From the IMG/VR virus record IMGVR_UViG_3300005764_000035, positions 1 through 41,525 of that record: DNA of 41,525 nucleotides; one strand, written 5' to 3'. The notes under the pieces are model-generated. The model did not search any database, was not told the DNA's origin, and saw only the letters and a list, made by a program, of their open reading frames with translations. Below are positions 9,520 through 18,175 of this stretch, piece after piece. Each line of letters opens with the position of its first letter. Position 1 is the first letter of the stretch. Source of the DNA: a virus (lineage: Duplodnaviria; Caudoviricetes). The position numbers were made by a program, and so were the translations under genes.

Positions 9520-10380
9520 TCATGTCATGAAGGCGGGGACGGCGGTGACTCGCCCCTGCCATGGTCCGACCGCGGCACCAGCAGGGGTGTTGCGTCGGAA
9601 CTGGTAGACGGGAGTGATCGCACCAGGACCGAGGTCGCCGATGTTCGCCGTCTTGACCCATCCGCCGCCGAAGTCGAAGTCATGGTTACTGGAGAACGTC
9701 GGGGAGGAGTCGTACAAGGCCTGCATAGCAACCGTGATGGACTGGGCGGTGGATACCGACGAGTTGTTCTTGATGCGGAAGGGGATGGAAGCGGCCGTGG
9801 CCCGAGCGGCGTTGCCGAAGTCGAAGTAGGCCCCGTTGGTAGTGGGGGTGCCGGACGAGTCGCACAGGACCAGCCGTGACGGATTGGATGTGAGCGGGAT
9901 GGTGCCGTAGATGTGGATGGCTTTGGCTGTCCATCCCCCCTGATACACCGGGTAAATCTGAATGCCGGTGATGTTGGGGAGATTCCACAGGGAGATGCCG
10001 TTGCGAGTGGTTGTGTCGGGGACAATCTGGCGGCAATAGGTCGGGATGTTGAAGTCTGTGGCGTTGATGTTCTCTTGGAGCGTTCCTACTGTCGTCCAGG
10101 TTCCGTCATAACCATTGGTGGTATTCGGGGAGGTCTTGATAGTGGCCTGGTCGTTGTAGTTGACGCCGTGTTGGCCGTACAGGAATAGCCCGGTGACGGT
10201 TCTTATTTCCGGCCACGCTATTCCCGTGTAGCCGGTTCCCATATCAGCGCCACTGCTGGACTCGTCGTTCAAGTACTGCATCGACGTCACACTGACGGTG
10301 CCGCCACTCGCTTGCATGACCGAACCGTCCCGGTCGTACTCGAACCGGAACCCCGGTACGTCGGGAAACGACCCGGCCAT
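9520..10380 (-). CDS. Probable tail/virion structural protein
   Basis: Beta-rich T/S/G/N composition; lies between nozzle and adaptor genes; central part is visibly lower in GC. Confidence 0.6.
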   Translation of the reverse strand: MAGSFPDVPGFRFEYDRDGSVMQASGGTVSVTSMQYLNDESSSGADMGTGYTGIAWPEIRTVTGLFLYGQHGVNYNDQATIKTSPNTTNGYDGTWTTVGTLQENINATDFNIPTYCRQIVPDTTTRNGISLWNLPNITGIQIYPVYQGGWTAKAIHIYGTIPLTSNPSRLVLCDSSGTPTTNGAYFDFGNAARATAASIPFRIKNNSSVSTAQSITVAMQALYDSSPTFSSNHDFDFGGGWVKTANIGDLGPGAITPVYQFRRNTPAGAAVGPWQGRVTAVPAFMT

Positions 10381-12047
10381 TACCGGGTCCGCCCCACCGG
10401 CGCCTCACTGAACGGGTACAGCGTCACCGAATAGACCGTCGGCGCGGGGACAGCCGTGGAGGGGCTCTTGGACTCGATCCGCAACTGGACGTACTTGCCC
10501 TGGATGGACAGCCGCTCCCGGAACCGTTCCGGGAACCCGCAGTCCTCCAAGGTGATCGTGATGGAGTTGGTGTCCCCGTTGAGGGCGGTCAACGTGAGGG
10601 TGATGTCGCCTTGGCCTTCGGCGATCAGTTCGGTCTCGGTGACGGCGATCATGTCGGCCACCGATTGCCAGATGGGGTGGGACTGCCACGAGAAGCTGTC
10701 GGTCAGTTCCTCCCGCTTGTACTCGGCGATGGGCTGGTGGTCGGCGGCGGTGATAAACGACTTGGCGGCGTAGATGAAATGCCACTGCGACGTGACCCAC
10801 CGGTACACCGCCACCGCCGGGTCCTCGTACCGCCACCACGACTTCAGGGTGGTGTCGTACAGGAAGTTGTTGGGCACGAACAACCAGTCGGCGCAGGTTG
10901 CGAACTGGTAGGACACCCCCCCGAACTCGTCGAAGTCGCCCCCCGGGGTCGTCACCCAGAAGTCGGGGATCATCTGGGGGGAGATCAACGTCGAGGCGTC
11001 CCCGTGGCTCCACACCCACACCCCGGAGGTGCGGTTCCCGTAGGCGACGCCGATGGGGGTGACGGCGGGGGTGTGGGAGATGTCGGTGCCGGTCACCATG
11101 GGCAGGGCCACGACGGTGCCGGTGTCGAGCGACCCGCTCACGTACAGGCCGCCGTGGGAGTGCTTGACGGCGAAGATCTCGTTGGCCGACATCGACGCCA
11201 GCGCCCCGAACCCCGACGGGTTCTCCGGGGACCACACCTTGGCCGTCCCGTCGAAGTTGGCGGGCACGGTGGGGTCACCGCCGTTCCAGGTCCCCCAGTG
11301 GGCGGGGGTGACGTCGTTGAACCACGACCACGTCATGTTCTCCCCCATGAACGTGATGGTGTCGACGCCGTGGTCGTACACCGTCATCAGCTCCAGCAGG
11401 ACCCGCCCCTGGTGGGTGGTCATGTTCAGGACCCACGGCGACGTGAAGATGGTGAACGGGGTGGTGGTGGAGGGCGCCTGGTCGTCGGGGAACTCGTACA
11501 GTCCCCCCGCTCCCAAGATGATGACGACGGGGACACCGGGCTGGGAGTAGTCGGCCCGGTTGGAGCGGGTGGTGGCGAACACCATCCCCGTCGGGTGCCA
11601 GCCGAACTCCTCCTGCCACACCGGCGCCGGTCCGGTGACCTCCTTGACGAGGTCGTGGCCCTGGCCCAGGGGGGCCTCGTAGCGGCGGTAGCGGGCCACC
11701 GACTGGGTGATGGTCCCCGCCGAGAACGCCTCGAACCCCACGAACAGCTCGTGCTCCGGGTACTGGCCGTTCACGAAGTCGATGGTGTTGACCTTGGGGA
11801 GCAGACCGATGGGGGGCACGTACAGGCCGGTGCAGGCGGTGTTGTCGGGATGGTCGCCCACGTCGAAGGGGATGGTGCGCCGGGGCAGGGGGGTGAGGGC
11901 GCCGGAGTGGTTGGCGATGCACCGCCAGGTGTTGTCGCGCGTGGCCGTCTCCGGCTTGTAGTTGATGCCGGGGAGGTCGGCGATGCCCGGTTGGAAGTTG
12001 TCGAAGGCGATGGCGGCGGTGCTGGAGGCCACCTTGGGGGCGGGCAC
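10380..12047 (-). CDS. Tail nozzle / DNA-stabilization protein (tail tubular B, P22 gp10-like)
   Basis: 555 aa. N-terminal FDNFQPGI...DNTWRC..SGALTPLP, beta-propeller-like body, C-terminal GKYVQLRIE; position between capsid module and adaptor. Confidence 0.65.
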   Translation of the reverse strand: MPAPKVASSTAAIAFDNFQPGIADLPGINYKPETATRDNTWRCIANHSGALTPLPRRTIPFDVGDHPDNTACTGLYVPPIGLLPKVNTIDFVNGQYPEHELFVGFEAFSAGTITQSVARYRRYEAPLGQGHDLVKEVTGPAPVWQEEFGWHPTGMVFATTRSNRADYSQPGVPVVIILGAGGLYEFPDDQAPSTTTPFTIFTSPWVLNMTTHQGRVLLELMTVYDHGVDTITFMGENMTWSWFNDVTPAHWGTWNGGDPTVPANFDGTAKVWSPENPSGFGALASMSANEIFAVKHSHGGLYVSGSLDTGTVVALPMVTGTDISHTPAVTPIGVAYGNRTSGVWVWSHGDASTLISPQMIPDFWVTTPGGDFDEFGGVSYQFATCADWLFVPNNFLYDTTLKSWWRYEDPAVAVYRWVTSQWHFIYAAKSFITAADHQPIAEYKREELTDSFSWQSHPIWQSVADMIAVTETELIAEGQGDITLTLTALNGDTNSITITLEDCGFPERFRERLSIQGKYVQLRIESKSPSTAVPAPTVYSVTLYPFSEAPVGRTR

Positions 12048-12107
12048 CTAGTCCTCCCCGTACAGGACCCACATGAGGATCCCGAGGACGGTCAGGAGGC
12101 CGATCAC
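12048..12107 (-). CDS. Putative 19-aa hydrophobic mini-protein
   Basis: MIGLLTVLGILMWVLYGED. Start overlaps the upstream stop (GTGA) and its TAG abuts the next GTG, filling the gap exactly. Confidence 0.45.
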   Translation of the reverse strand: MIGLLTVLGILMWVLYGED

Positions 12108-12388
12108 GAGACCCCACCCAACGCTGCCGTGTAGTACCTGATCCAATCCTCGTCCGCCGCGATCTCGCCTTTGAGCCGGATCACGTCACCGGCCAGGTCC
12201 AGCACTTGGAAGTCGGCCACCCGGTCCCGTTCCGACACCAGGTTGGAGGGGTGCTCGAACCACGCCCGGGTGCGGTTCTCGTGCTCCACCGCCACCAACT
12301 CGGCGAGCTGCGTCCGGTTAGAGGCGAGGCGGGCGGTGGTCTCCCGGAACAGGTCCAGGAGCGCGGAGCGGGTCAGGTCGGCACGCAC
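12104..12388 (-). CDS. Hypothetical protein (coiled coil)
   Basis: Tiles the operon; helical sequence. Confidence 0.6.
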   Translation of the reverse strand: MRADLTRSALLDLFRETTARLASNRTQLAELVAVEHENRTRAWFEHPSNLVSERDRVADFQVLDLAGDVIRLKGEIAADEDWIRYYTAALGGVS

Positions 12389-12391
12389 AGG

Positions 12392-13063
12392 TCATGACTG
12401 CACGACACGGACACGGGACGGCTTGTCCTCGGTGGGCTCCGACACCGCCGGGTCGCGGGGCGCCATGCTGGGTCCCACCAGATCGGTGGTCTCCGTGACC
12501 GTGCCCGGGATCCCCTGGTCCTGGGAGACGACCTTGGGGGCGTCGGGGTCGATGGGCTGGGCGTCGTTCAACGCCTGCTCGCGGCGTTGGGCCATGGCCA
12601 GTTGCTGGCGGAGGTTGGCCTGCTCCTGCTCCATGGTCTGCAACCGGGCCATGATGGTGGACATGTCCCCGCTGGTGGAAGCGGCCACCACCGGGGCCAG
12701 GAAGTCGCCGTTGGGGTCGTCGGCCACCGTCATGATCCGCTGGTCGGCCATGTCGTAGGCCTCCAACGGGGGGCGCATGGCCTCGAACAGGGCCTCGGCG
12801 TCGAAGGGGGTGTTGTTGAGGCTCATCTCCAACGCCTTGGCGTCCACCCCGTACTTGGACCGCAGCCGCTGGTACTCGTACACCCGCACCCGGTTGCGGG
12901 GGTCGAAGTCGTTGGCGTCGGGGTGGCCGAGCCACAGGCACACCGCGTCCCAGTCCACCATCATCTGGCCGTGGGCGGGGATGACGTAGCTGCGGCCGTT
13001 GTAGGCGTCGACGTAGTCGCGATCGCCGACGTTCACCAACCGGACAACATCACCCGAAGCCAT
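12392..13063 (-). CDS. Hypothetical protein (head-associated region)
   Basis: Tiles the operon after the cement gene; globular N-terminus, coiled coil, disordered tail. Confidence 0.7.
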   Translation of the reverse strand: MASGDVVRLVNVGDRDYVDAYNGRSYVIPAHGQMMVDWDAVCLWLGHPDANDFDPRNRVRVYEYQRLRSKYGVDAKALEMSLNNTPFDAEALFEAMRPPLEAYDMADQRIMTVADDPNGDFLAPVVAASTSGDMSTIMARLQTMEQEQANLRQQLAMAQRREQALNDAQPIDPDAPKVVSQDQGIPGTVTETTDLVGPSMAPRDPAVSEPTEDKPSRVRVVQS

Positions 13064-13072
13064 GGCCGCAGG

Positions 13073-13507
13073 CTACGACAGGTACTTCGGTGTGACCCAC
13101 ACATCGACCACGCCACCGGCCCCGGCGCCCACCGCGATCCCCACCGACTGGCCCAGACCGGGGGTGTTGCTGACCGCGACGCGCCCGGCGGTGGTGGCTG
13201 ACGCGATCAACACGTCGGCCGCCGCCGGGGCGGTGCCGGTGTACGGCACGGCCGACGCCACTCCCTGCACGATGACGTTGACGGCCTGCCCTACCGCCGC
13301 TGCGTTCTGGGTGATCCCCACCTGCAACGGGTTGGGGGTGGTGGTAGCGGAGCGCACGGTGTTACCCGCGGGGTCGATCTGGACGAGCTGCTTGGCCGCC
13401 ACCGCCGCGGTGGACACCACGAACGTTGCTGTCTCGTTCCAGCCCTGCTGGTCCAACGTCGAGTACCCGTAGGCGCCCGTGGGGTTGGAGATGGTCTTGC
13501 TGCCCAT
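13073..13507 (-). CDS. Capsid cement/decoration protein
   Basis: Small Ala/Gly/Val-rich protein right after the MCP; VGITQNAAAVGQAVNVIVQGV and SVGIAV motifs typical of DUF2190-like cement proteins. Confidence 0.7.
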   Translation of the reverse strand: MGSKTISNPTGAYGYSTLDQQGWNETATFVVSTAAVAAKQLVQIDPAGNTVRSATTTPNPLQVGITQNAAAVGQAVNVIVQGVASAVPYTGTAPAAADVLIASATTAGRVAVSNTPGLGQSVGIAVGAGAGGVVDVWVTPKYLS

Positions 13508-13516
13508 TGGGTCCTC

Positions 13517-14488
13517 CTAGGAAGCGAAGTTGGTGAGCTTGCCGTGGCGAGCGTCGTTGGTGATCCCGATGTTCCCCGCGAACAGCAACATGCTGACGTA
13601 GGCGTCCTGGTCCGGTGGCTTCTGCCAGTCCTCCATGGCGAAATCGCCCCGGGGAGTGGTGAACCAGTAGATGTAGTCCTCGTTCAGCATCACCACCGCG
13701 CTGTTGGTGGCGTTGGGGCCGTCGAACACGTGGGAGTCCACCGTCCACGGCACGTTGTTGAACAGCAGGTTGGTGAACCCCGCCGAGGCCAGCAGCTCGT
13801 CGCTGCCCCCCGGGTTGACGGGGAACTGCTGGTACACCGTGTTCTTGGCCCAGAACCGGTTGTACTGCTCCTGGCGGGACACCACGATCGTCGGCGCCCT
13901 ACCGCCCTCGGTGCAGTTCCCGAACATGGCCTGCAACGGCGGCAGATCCAGAGCGGCCGTCGACGAGTCGATCTTCGACTTCCACCACGTGTTGGCGGTA
14001 CGGGACAGACCGGCGTAGGTGTTGTTCACCGTGCCGTCGTCGATGGCCACCTTGAGCCCGTCGAGATCCTTGGGGTTGGACCCGTCGCTCCAGAGCCCGA
14101 CGGCCAGGTTCTCCGCCATCTCCATCTGGGACTGGTCCGACAGCAGACGGATGATGTTGGCGATCGCCTCCGGGCTGTTGGCCTTGATGAGCGACAGGCC
14201 GTCGATGGCCAGCGGCACGTAGTGCTGCTTCCAGTCCAGGGCCGCGTTCTTGACCGTGTCGCTGGGAGCGATGGTCAACTGGTCGAACCCCTGGTAGGGG
14301 CCACCCGCCGCGAACCGTCCGTACATGAGCGGCAGTTCGATCTGGAGGCCACCCTGCACCATCTTCTTCTTGGAAGCAATCAAGCGAAAGAGGATGGGGT
14401 TACTCCTGTAAATATTGTCGGTGATCTCGCCGAGGATGAATCTGCGAGAGATACTGTTCAACACCCCTGTGCCGATAGGTGTGGCCAA
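13517..14488 (-). CDS. Major capsid protein (podovirus-type HK97 fold)
   Basis: 323 aa after the scaffold. ITDNIYRSNPILFRL...GGLQIELPLMY, WKQHYVPLAIDG, LWSDG..KDLDGL, YAGLSRTANTWW, C-terminal GNIGITNDARHGKL; SD AGTAGGGA before TTG. Confidence 0.88.
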   Translation of the reverse strand: MATPIGTGVLNSISRRFILGEITDNIYRSNPILFRLIASKKKMVQGGLQIELPLMYGRFAAGGPYQGFDQLTIAPSDTVKNAALDWKQHYVPLAIDGLSLIKANSPEAIANIIRLLSDQSQMEMAENLAVGLWSDGSNPKDLDGLKVAIDDGTVNNTYAGLSRTANTWWKSKIDSSTAALDLPPLQAMFGNCTEGGRAPTIVVSRQEQYNRFWAKNTVYQQFPVNPGGSDELLASAGFTNLLFNNVPWTVDSHVFDGPNATNSAVVMLNEDYIYWFTTPRGDFAMEDWQKPPDQDAYVSMLLFAGNIGITNDARHGKLTNFAS

Positions 14489-14513
14489 GGTTCCCTACTC
14501 CTTCGTGTAGTGA

Positions 14514-15539
14514 TTACTCGACTTGACCACTGCCATTCATGGCGGCAGCGATCTCTTGGACCATCGCCTGGTGACGGTCCTCGGGGGATGAGGGAACGGG
14601 CTCACGGCGAGGAGCACTGCCGCCCGAACCGGACAGGGCCGTGAGGTGTTGCTTGCGGATGGTGGCCTGTTCTTCGGCGGCCTGTTCCGCTTGGAGGCTG
14701 GTGGTGCGCTGGGCTTGCCAGGCGTCGCGGTAGGTGGGGGTGGTCCAGAACATCATCTCCAGGGCGGTGTTCATGCCCTTCTCGATGGACCCTTCGCGTT
14801 GGGCGAGGCCGGGGAGGACCTGGGCCTGGGCGATGGACGTTTCCAGGGCGTTCATGGCGTTGTCGTCGAGCTGGTAGCGGGCCTGGAAGTCGGCGTGGGC
14901 CTTGTTGATCTGGGTGAGGCGGGCCTGGTAGTCGGCCTGCTGCTGGGTTTGGACGACGGGACCGAGGCTGGCCTTGAACGATTCGGTGAGGTCGTTGATC
15001 TGGGCGCGCAGGGCACGGATCTCGGTTTGGGCGCGGGGGTCGAGCCAGTCCCCCTCGTCCTCCGCTGCTGGCGGCGGCTGTACGGATGAGGGCGAGGGGG
15101 CTGGCTGCCCTCCAGGCGACGGTTGGGGTTGAGGCTGGAGGGGGGACAGGGTGTATTGGCCCGACATCAAGGCGTCGATGGCCTGGACTTCTTGAGGGTT
15201 GAGCCGATCGAACCAACTGGCCACCTGGAGGGCGCGGCTGACCTGTTCGGAGCTGTAGTCGACGCCGGAGAGGGTGAAGGCGGAGGCCGGTTGGCCGTGC
15301 CCTTCCTCTGGTGCTCCACCCTCGTCCGGTGCTGGCTCCGGTTCGGGCTCGGGCTCGGGTGAGGGTTCGGTTTCCGGCGACGACGGTTCCTCCCCCTCAC
15401 TTGGAGGTTCGTCGCCGCCGGGAGCGGCGGGGTCAGTTTCGGGTGACGGTTCCGCGCTCGAAACGGGGAAGCGGGATTCGAGGGCGTCGAGGAAGGACTG
15501 GGTGAACTCGTCCTCGGCGGAGGGGGCGGTGTCGCTCAA
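14514..15539 (-). CDS. Capsid scaffolding protein
   Basis: Acidic Pro/Glu-rich disordered N-terminus plus coiled coils, immediately upstream of the MCP. Confidence 0.7.
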   Translation of the reverse strand: MSDTAPSAEDEFTQSFLDALESRFPVSSAEPSPETDPAAPGGDEPPSEGEEPSSPETEPSPEPEPEPEPAPDEGGAPEEGHGQPASAFTLSGVDYSSEQVSRALQVASWFDRLNPQEVQAIDALMSGQYTLSPLQPQPQPSPGGQPAPSPSSVQPPPAAEDEGDWLDPRAQTEIRALRAQINDLTESFKASLGPVVQTQQQADYQARLTQINKAHADFQARYQLDDNAMNALETSIAQAQVLPGLAQREGSIEKGMNTALEMMFWTTPTYRDAWQAQRTTSLQAEQAAEEQATIRKQHLTALSGSGGSAPRREPVPSSPEDRHQAMVQEIAAAMNGSGQVE

Positions 15540-15733
15540 TACGTCTGTCCTTGTCGCTTGATCTTCACGGTGGGCTTGCCGACGCGCTTGAGCCGAGGGT
15601 TGCGCGCCTTGGCCGCGGGGCTGGCGTTCCGGGACGAGTGGGCGAGGATGGCGCCTGCCCGGTCCTTGCTGATGCCCTGCTGGGAGGCGATCTTCGATTG
15701 GACGGCGGCGAACCCAGGATGCGCGTTGGCCAC
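15536..15733 (-). CDS. Small basic hypothetical protein
   Basis: MANAHPGFAAVQSKIASQQGISKDRAGAILAHSSRNASPAAKARNPRLKRVG...; GTG one base after the upstream stop. Confidence 0.65.
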   Translation of the reverse strand: MANAHPGFAAVQSKIASQQGISKDRAGAILAHSSRNASPAAKARNPRLKRVGKPTVKIKRQGQTY

Positions 15734-15734
15734 G

Positions 15735-16172
15735 TCAGGCTCCCGGGCCCGCGATCTTGTTGGCCACGGTGGACAGCCGGTTGGCGGTGACACCGCGCAA
15801 CAGGATGCGGCGCAGCTCGTCGCCGGGGGGCATGACCGGTCCGGCCATGAGGCCGGGGACGGGCGCAGGGGGGAGCCCGGGTGCCCCCATGCCCGGAGGC
15901 GGCATCCCCGGCGGACCTCCCATGCCGGGCGGTCCCATGCCCGGCGGCGGGCCCGCGCCCGGGGCCATCATCGCTCCCGGTCCTGCCCCCATCGGCCCCG
16001 GACCCTGCAACGCCCCCGACGCGTCGCCCTTGATCTTCTGGAGCACGATGGTCTCCAGGTTGATGATGAAGGGCAGATCGGCGTCGTCGGTGGTCTTGAG
16101 GTCCTGGATGGACGACAGCAGCTTGCGCAGCCCCTCGGCGAAGGTGTCGGTGGTACGGGTCCCGGTGGCCAT
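15735..16172 (-). CDS. Hypothetical protein with Pro/Gly/Met-rich segment
   Basis: Helical N-terminus followed by PPGMG-type low-complexity repeats; tiles the operon. Confidence 0.7.
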   Translation of the reverse strand: MATGTRTTDTFAEGLRKLLSSIQDLKTTDDADLPFIINLETIVLQKIKGDASGALQGPGPMGAGPGAMMAPGAGPPPGMGPPGMGGPPGMPPPGMGAPGLPPAPVPGLMAGPVMPPGDELRRILLRGVTANRLSTVANKIAGPGA

Positions 16173-16175
16173 CTT

Positions 16176-16460
16176 CTAGGACTCGGCGGCCTCGGCTGCT
16201 TCCCGGTTGGCCTTCTCCAGGTCGGTCTCGGGGAGTTCGTCGCTGTCGATGGTGGCTTTCTGTTCGTCGGTGAACAGGTGGGGGTAGCGGCGCACGTTCT
16301 CGGGAGTGAGGACGTCGCTGCCGGGCGGGTCGGTGGAGGGGGTGTCGGTGACCTGGGTGGCCTCCATCACCGCGTTGATGTCGGCCGCGGGAGCTTCCTC
16401 GGCGGGAGCCTCGGCCGGTTCGTCGCCGCCGGTGACGGAGGTGGAGGCGCGGGGACTCAT
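16176..16460 (-). CDS. Acidic hypothetical protein
   Basis: ATGA overlap with the upstream gene; tiles the operon. Confidence 0.65.
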   Translation of the reverse strand: MSPRASTSVTGGDEPAEAPAEEAPAADINAVMEATQVTDTPSTDPPGSDVLTPENVRRYPHLFTDEQKATIDSDELPETDLEKANREAAEAAES

Positions 16461-16603
16461 CGGACGTTCAGATCGCGAGCGGCGGAACGCCCTTTGGGCT
16501 GGGCGCTGGGGTTGGAGCCGAACTGGCCGTTGGTGGTCTGCCCCTGCTTCTGGATCGGCGCGTTTCCGGGCGCCTTGACGGCTTGACTTGGATCTTGGGC
16601 CAT
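16457..16603 (-). CDS. Small hypothetical protein (48 aa)
   Basis: MAQDPSQAVKAPGNAPIQKQG...; SD GAAAGGA upstream. Confidence 0.6.
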   Translation of the reverse strand: MAQDPSQAVKAPGNAPIQKQGQTTNGQFGSNPSAQPKGRSAARDLNVR

Positions 16604-16626
16604 GTCCTGTCCTTTCGAGGGATGCT

Positions 16627-16782
16627 CTATTTCTTGCGTCGTGCTGGCGTCTTTTTCGCCTTCGAGCCCTTCACGTGCTCGGGCAACCCCTTCATATTCG
16701 GGGTCTTGGCTGCCCACTCTTTCGCGACGGTCGGGTTCTTGAGGAACATGTACCGCTGTTGGGCTTTCGAGACGAACGGCAC
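16627..16782 (-). CDS. Small basic hypothetical protein (51 aa)
   Basis: MPFVSKAQQRYMFLKNPTVAKEWAAKTPNMKGLPEHVKGSKAKKTPARRKK; own translation, below the ORF-track cutoff. Confidence 0.7.
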   Translation of the reverse strand: MPFVSKAQQRYMFLKNPTVAKEWAAKTPNMKGLPEHVKGSKAKKTPARRKK

Positions 16783-16791
16783 GAGAGTCCC

Positions 16792-17001
16792 CTAGTCGGT
16801 CTCTGAGCCTTCGGGGTAGTTCTCCCACTCGTTGTAGGCCGCACCGAATCCCCCACCGACGTTCTCCATCTCCTGCCCCGAGTAGTTGGAGCAGAAGGCG
16901 CCGTTGTCGGGGGCGGTGAAACCGTCGGGCATGGTGAGGGTGTCGACTTCCCCGAACTGGACGTGACGGCCGTCGGGGGTCTGCAGCGATTTACGAGACA
17001 T
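16792..17001 (-). CDS. Small acidic hypothetical protein
   Basis: MSRKSLQTPDGRHVQFGEVD...; AGAAGGGA upstream; overlaps the HNH stop. Confidence 0.6.
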   Translation of the reverse strand: MSRKSLQTPDGRHVQFGEVDTLTMPDGFTAPDNGAFCSNYSGQEMENVGGGFGAAYNEWENYPEGSETD

Positions 17002-17470
17002 AGATAGAGATCCCTTCTTTTCGGCGTCGATATGACGAGCGCGCTTGCTCTCGTTTGCAATGACGACAGTTGCGGGAGCCCCTACTCGTGATAAAGGTGT
17101 TCTCTGGTGAGTAAGGGTGACCTTGCGGGCAGTGGGTCTTACCCGAGTTGGGATGATTGCGCTCCATGGCCTCCGCAGTGTTGGCTGCACGACTGAGGAG
17201 CTGGAGGTGAGCAGGGTTGCAACAGTTCCTGCTCTGACATATTGGCCAGCGATGATCGACGGTCAGTTCATCGAGAATCTGGCCATGGACCGCGGTCCAT
17301 GCAACTCGATGAGCGGTCGTGCCTTGGACATGGCCGCTATCACGCCAAGTGACGTGCGCGTATCCGTTCTGAGCGACGTATAGCTGACACGGCCAGCACT
17401 CATCCGGTCCACGGACGTCAACCCTGGTCCAGATGCGATCAGTTACTCGTCGAGGGATCGTACGTCCCAT
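16991..17470 (-). CDS. HNH homing endonuclease
   Basis: DECW...NGYA...AHRVAW...VDH...CCNPAHL...N plus C-terminal KTHCPQGHPY...CRHC Zn domain; lower GC than its neighbours. Confidence 0.9.
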   Translation of the reverse strand: MGRTIPRRVTDRIWTRVDVRGPDECWPCQLYVAQNGYAHVTWRDSGHVQGTTAHRVAWTAVHGQILDELTVDHRWPICQSRNCCNPAHLQLLSRAANTAEAMERNHPNSGKTHCPQGHPYSPENTFITSRGSRNCRHCKREQARSSYRRRKEGISIYVS

Positions 17471-17585
17471 GGGGAGCTTCCTTTGCTTGATCGGGGACCT
17501 CACCGGTCCCTTCGCACACCGGGCAGGTCGGGTCGTCCCACTCGCCGGGGAGCTGGCCCGCACCGTCACAGAAGGCGCACTTCAT
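17439..17585 (-). CDS. Small DnaJ-type zinc-finger protein (48 aa)
   Basis: CAFCDGAG and CPVCEGTG (two CxxCxGxG motifs); ATGA overlap with the upstream gene. Confidence 0.65.
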   Translation of the reverse strand: MKCAFCDGAGQLPGEWDDPTCPVCEGTGEVPDQAKEAPHGTYDPSTSN

Positions 17586-18175
17586 CCGATGAGGAACGGG
17601 GTGATGACGGGCCGCATCCATGCTGCCATCTGGTCGGCCCACGCCGCCGTGCCGTGGGTCTGGTCACCCTGGTAGTAGGTGGTGTTGGCGGGGTCGTTGA
17701 GGGGGGCCTGGGCGGCGTCGAACACCGCGTCGAAATAGGCGCTGGCGTCGCCCATGACGAGACTGTTGCCCGCCACCCGATTGGCCTCGTTGGGCGCCGG
17801 GAACGGACCGGAGGGGTGGGTGGTGGTGGAGATGACCTTGACCTGTCCCGCCGAGCCGAGCGCCCGCAGGTTGGTGGCGATGGTCCCCTGGTCGGCGTAG
17901 CACTGGGCGCCGGTGCGGTTGGCGGTGGTGGAGTAGTCGGTGGTGCCTCCCACCATCACGTACACCACCCGGCGGGCCTGGGTGGCGAAGTAGTTGAAGT
18001 AGTTGAACCAGTCCTGGGTGCGCTTGAACTGCAGCCACGCCACCCCCGCGATGAAGGCGTTGAGGTAGGAGACGCCCCGCAGCCCCGTCATGGTGGTGTC
18101 CGGGTAGTTGTGGCCCACGGGTTGGCCGTTGAGGGACTGGCCGATGTAGACCACGAGGTTGGGGGTGGTTCTCAC
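17582..18175 (-). CDS. SGNH/GDSL-like hydrolase
   Basis: Block I YIGQSL, block III MVGGTTD, block V DQTH; GTGA overlap start at 18175. Confidence 0.7.
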   Translation of the reverse strand: MRTTPNLVVYIGQSLNGQPVGHNYPDTTMTGLRGVSYLNAFIAGVAWLQFKRTQDWFNYFNYFATQARRVVYVMVGGTTDYSTTANRTGAQCYADQGTIATNLRALGSAGQVKVISTTTHPSGPFPAPNEANRVAGNSLVMGDASAYFDAVFDAAQAPLNDPANTTYYQGDQTHGTAAWADQMAAWMRPVITPFLIG

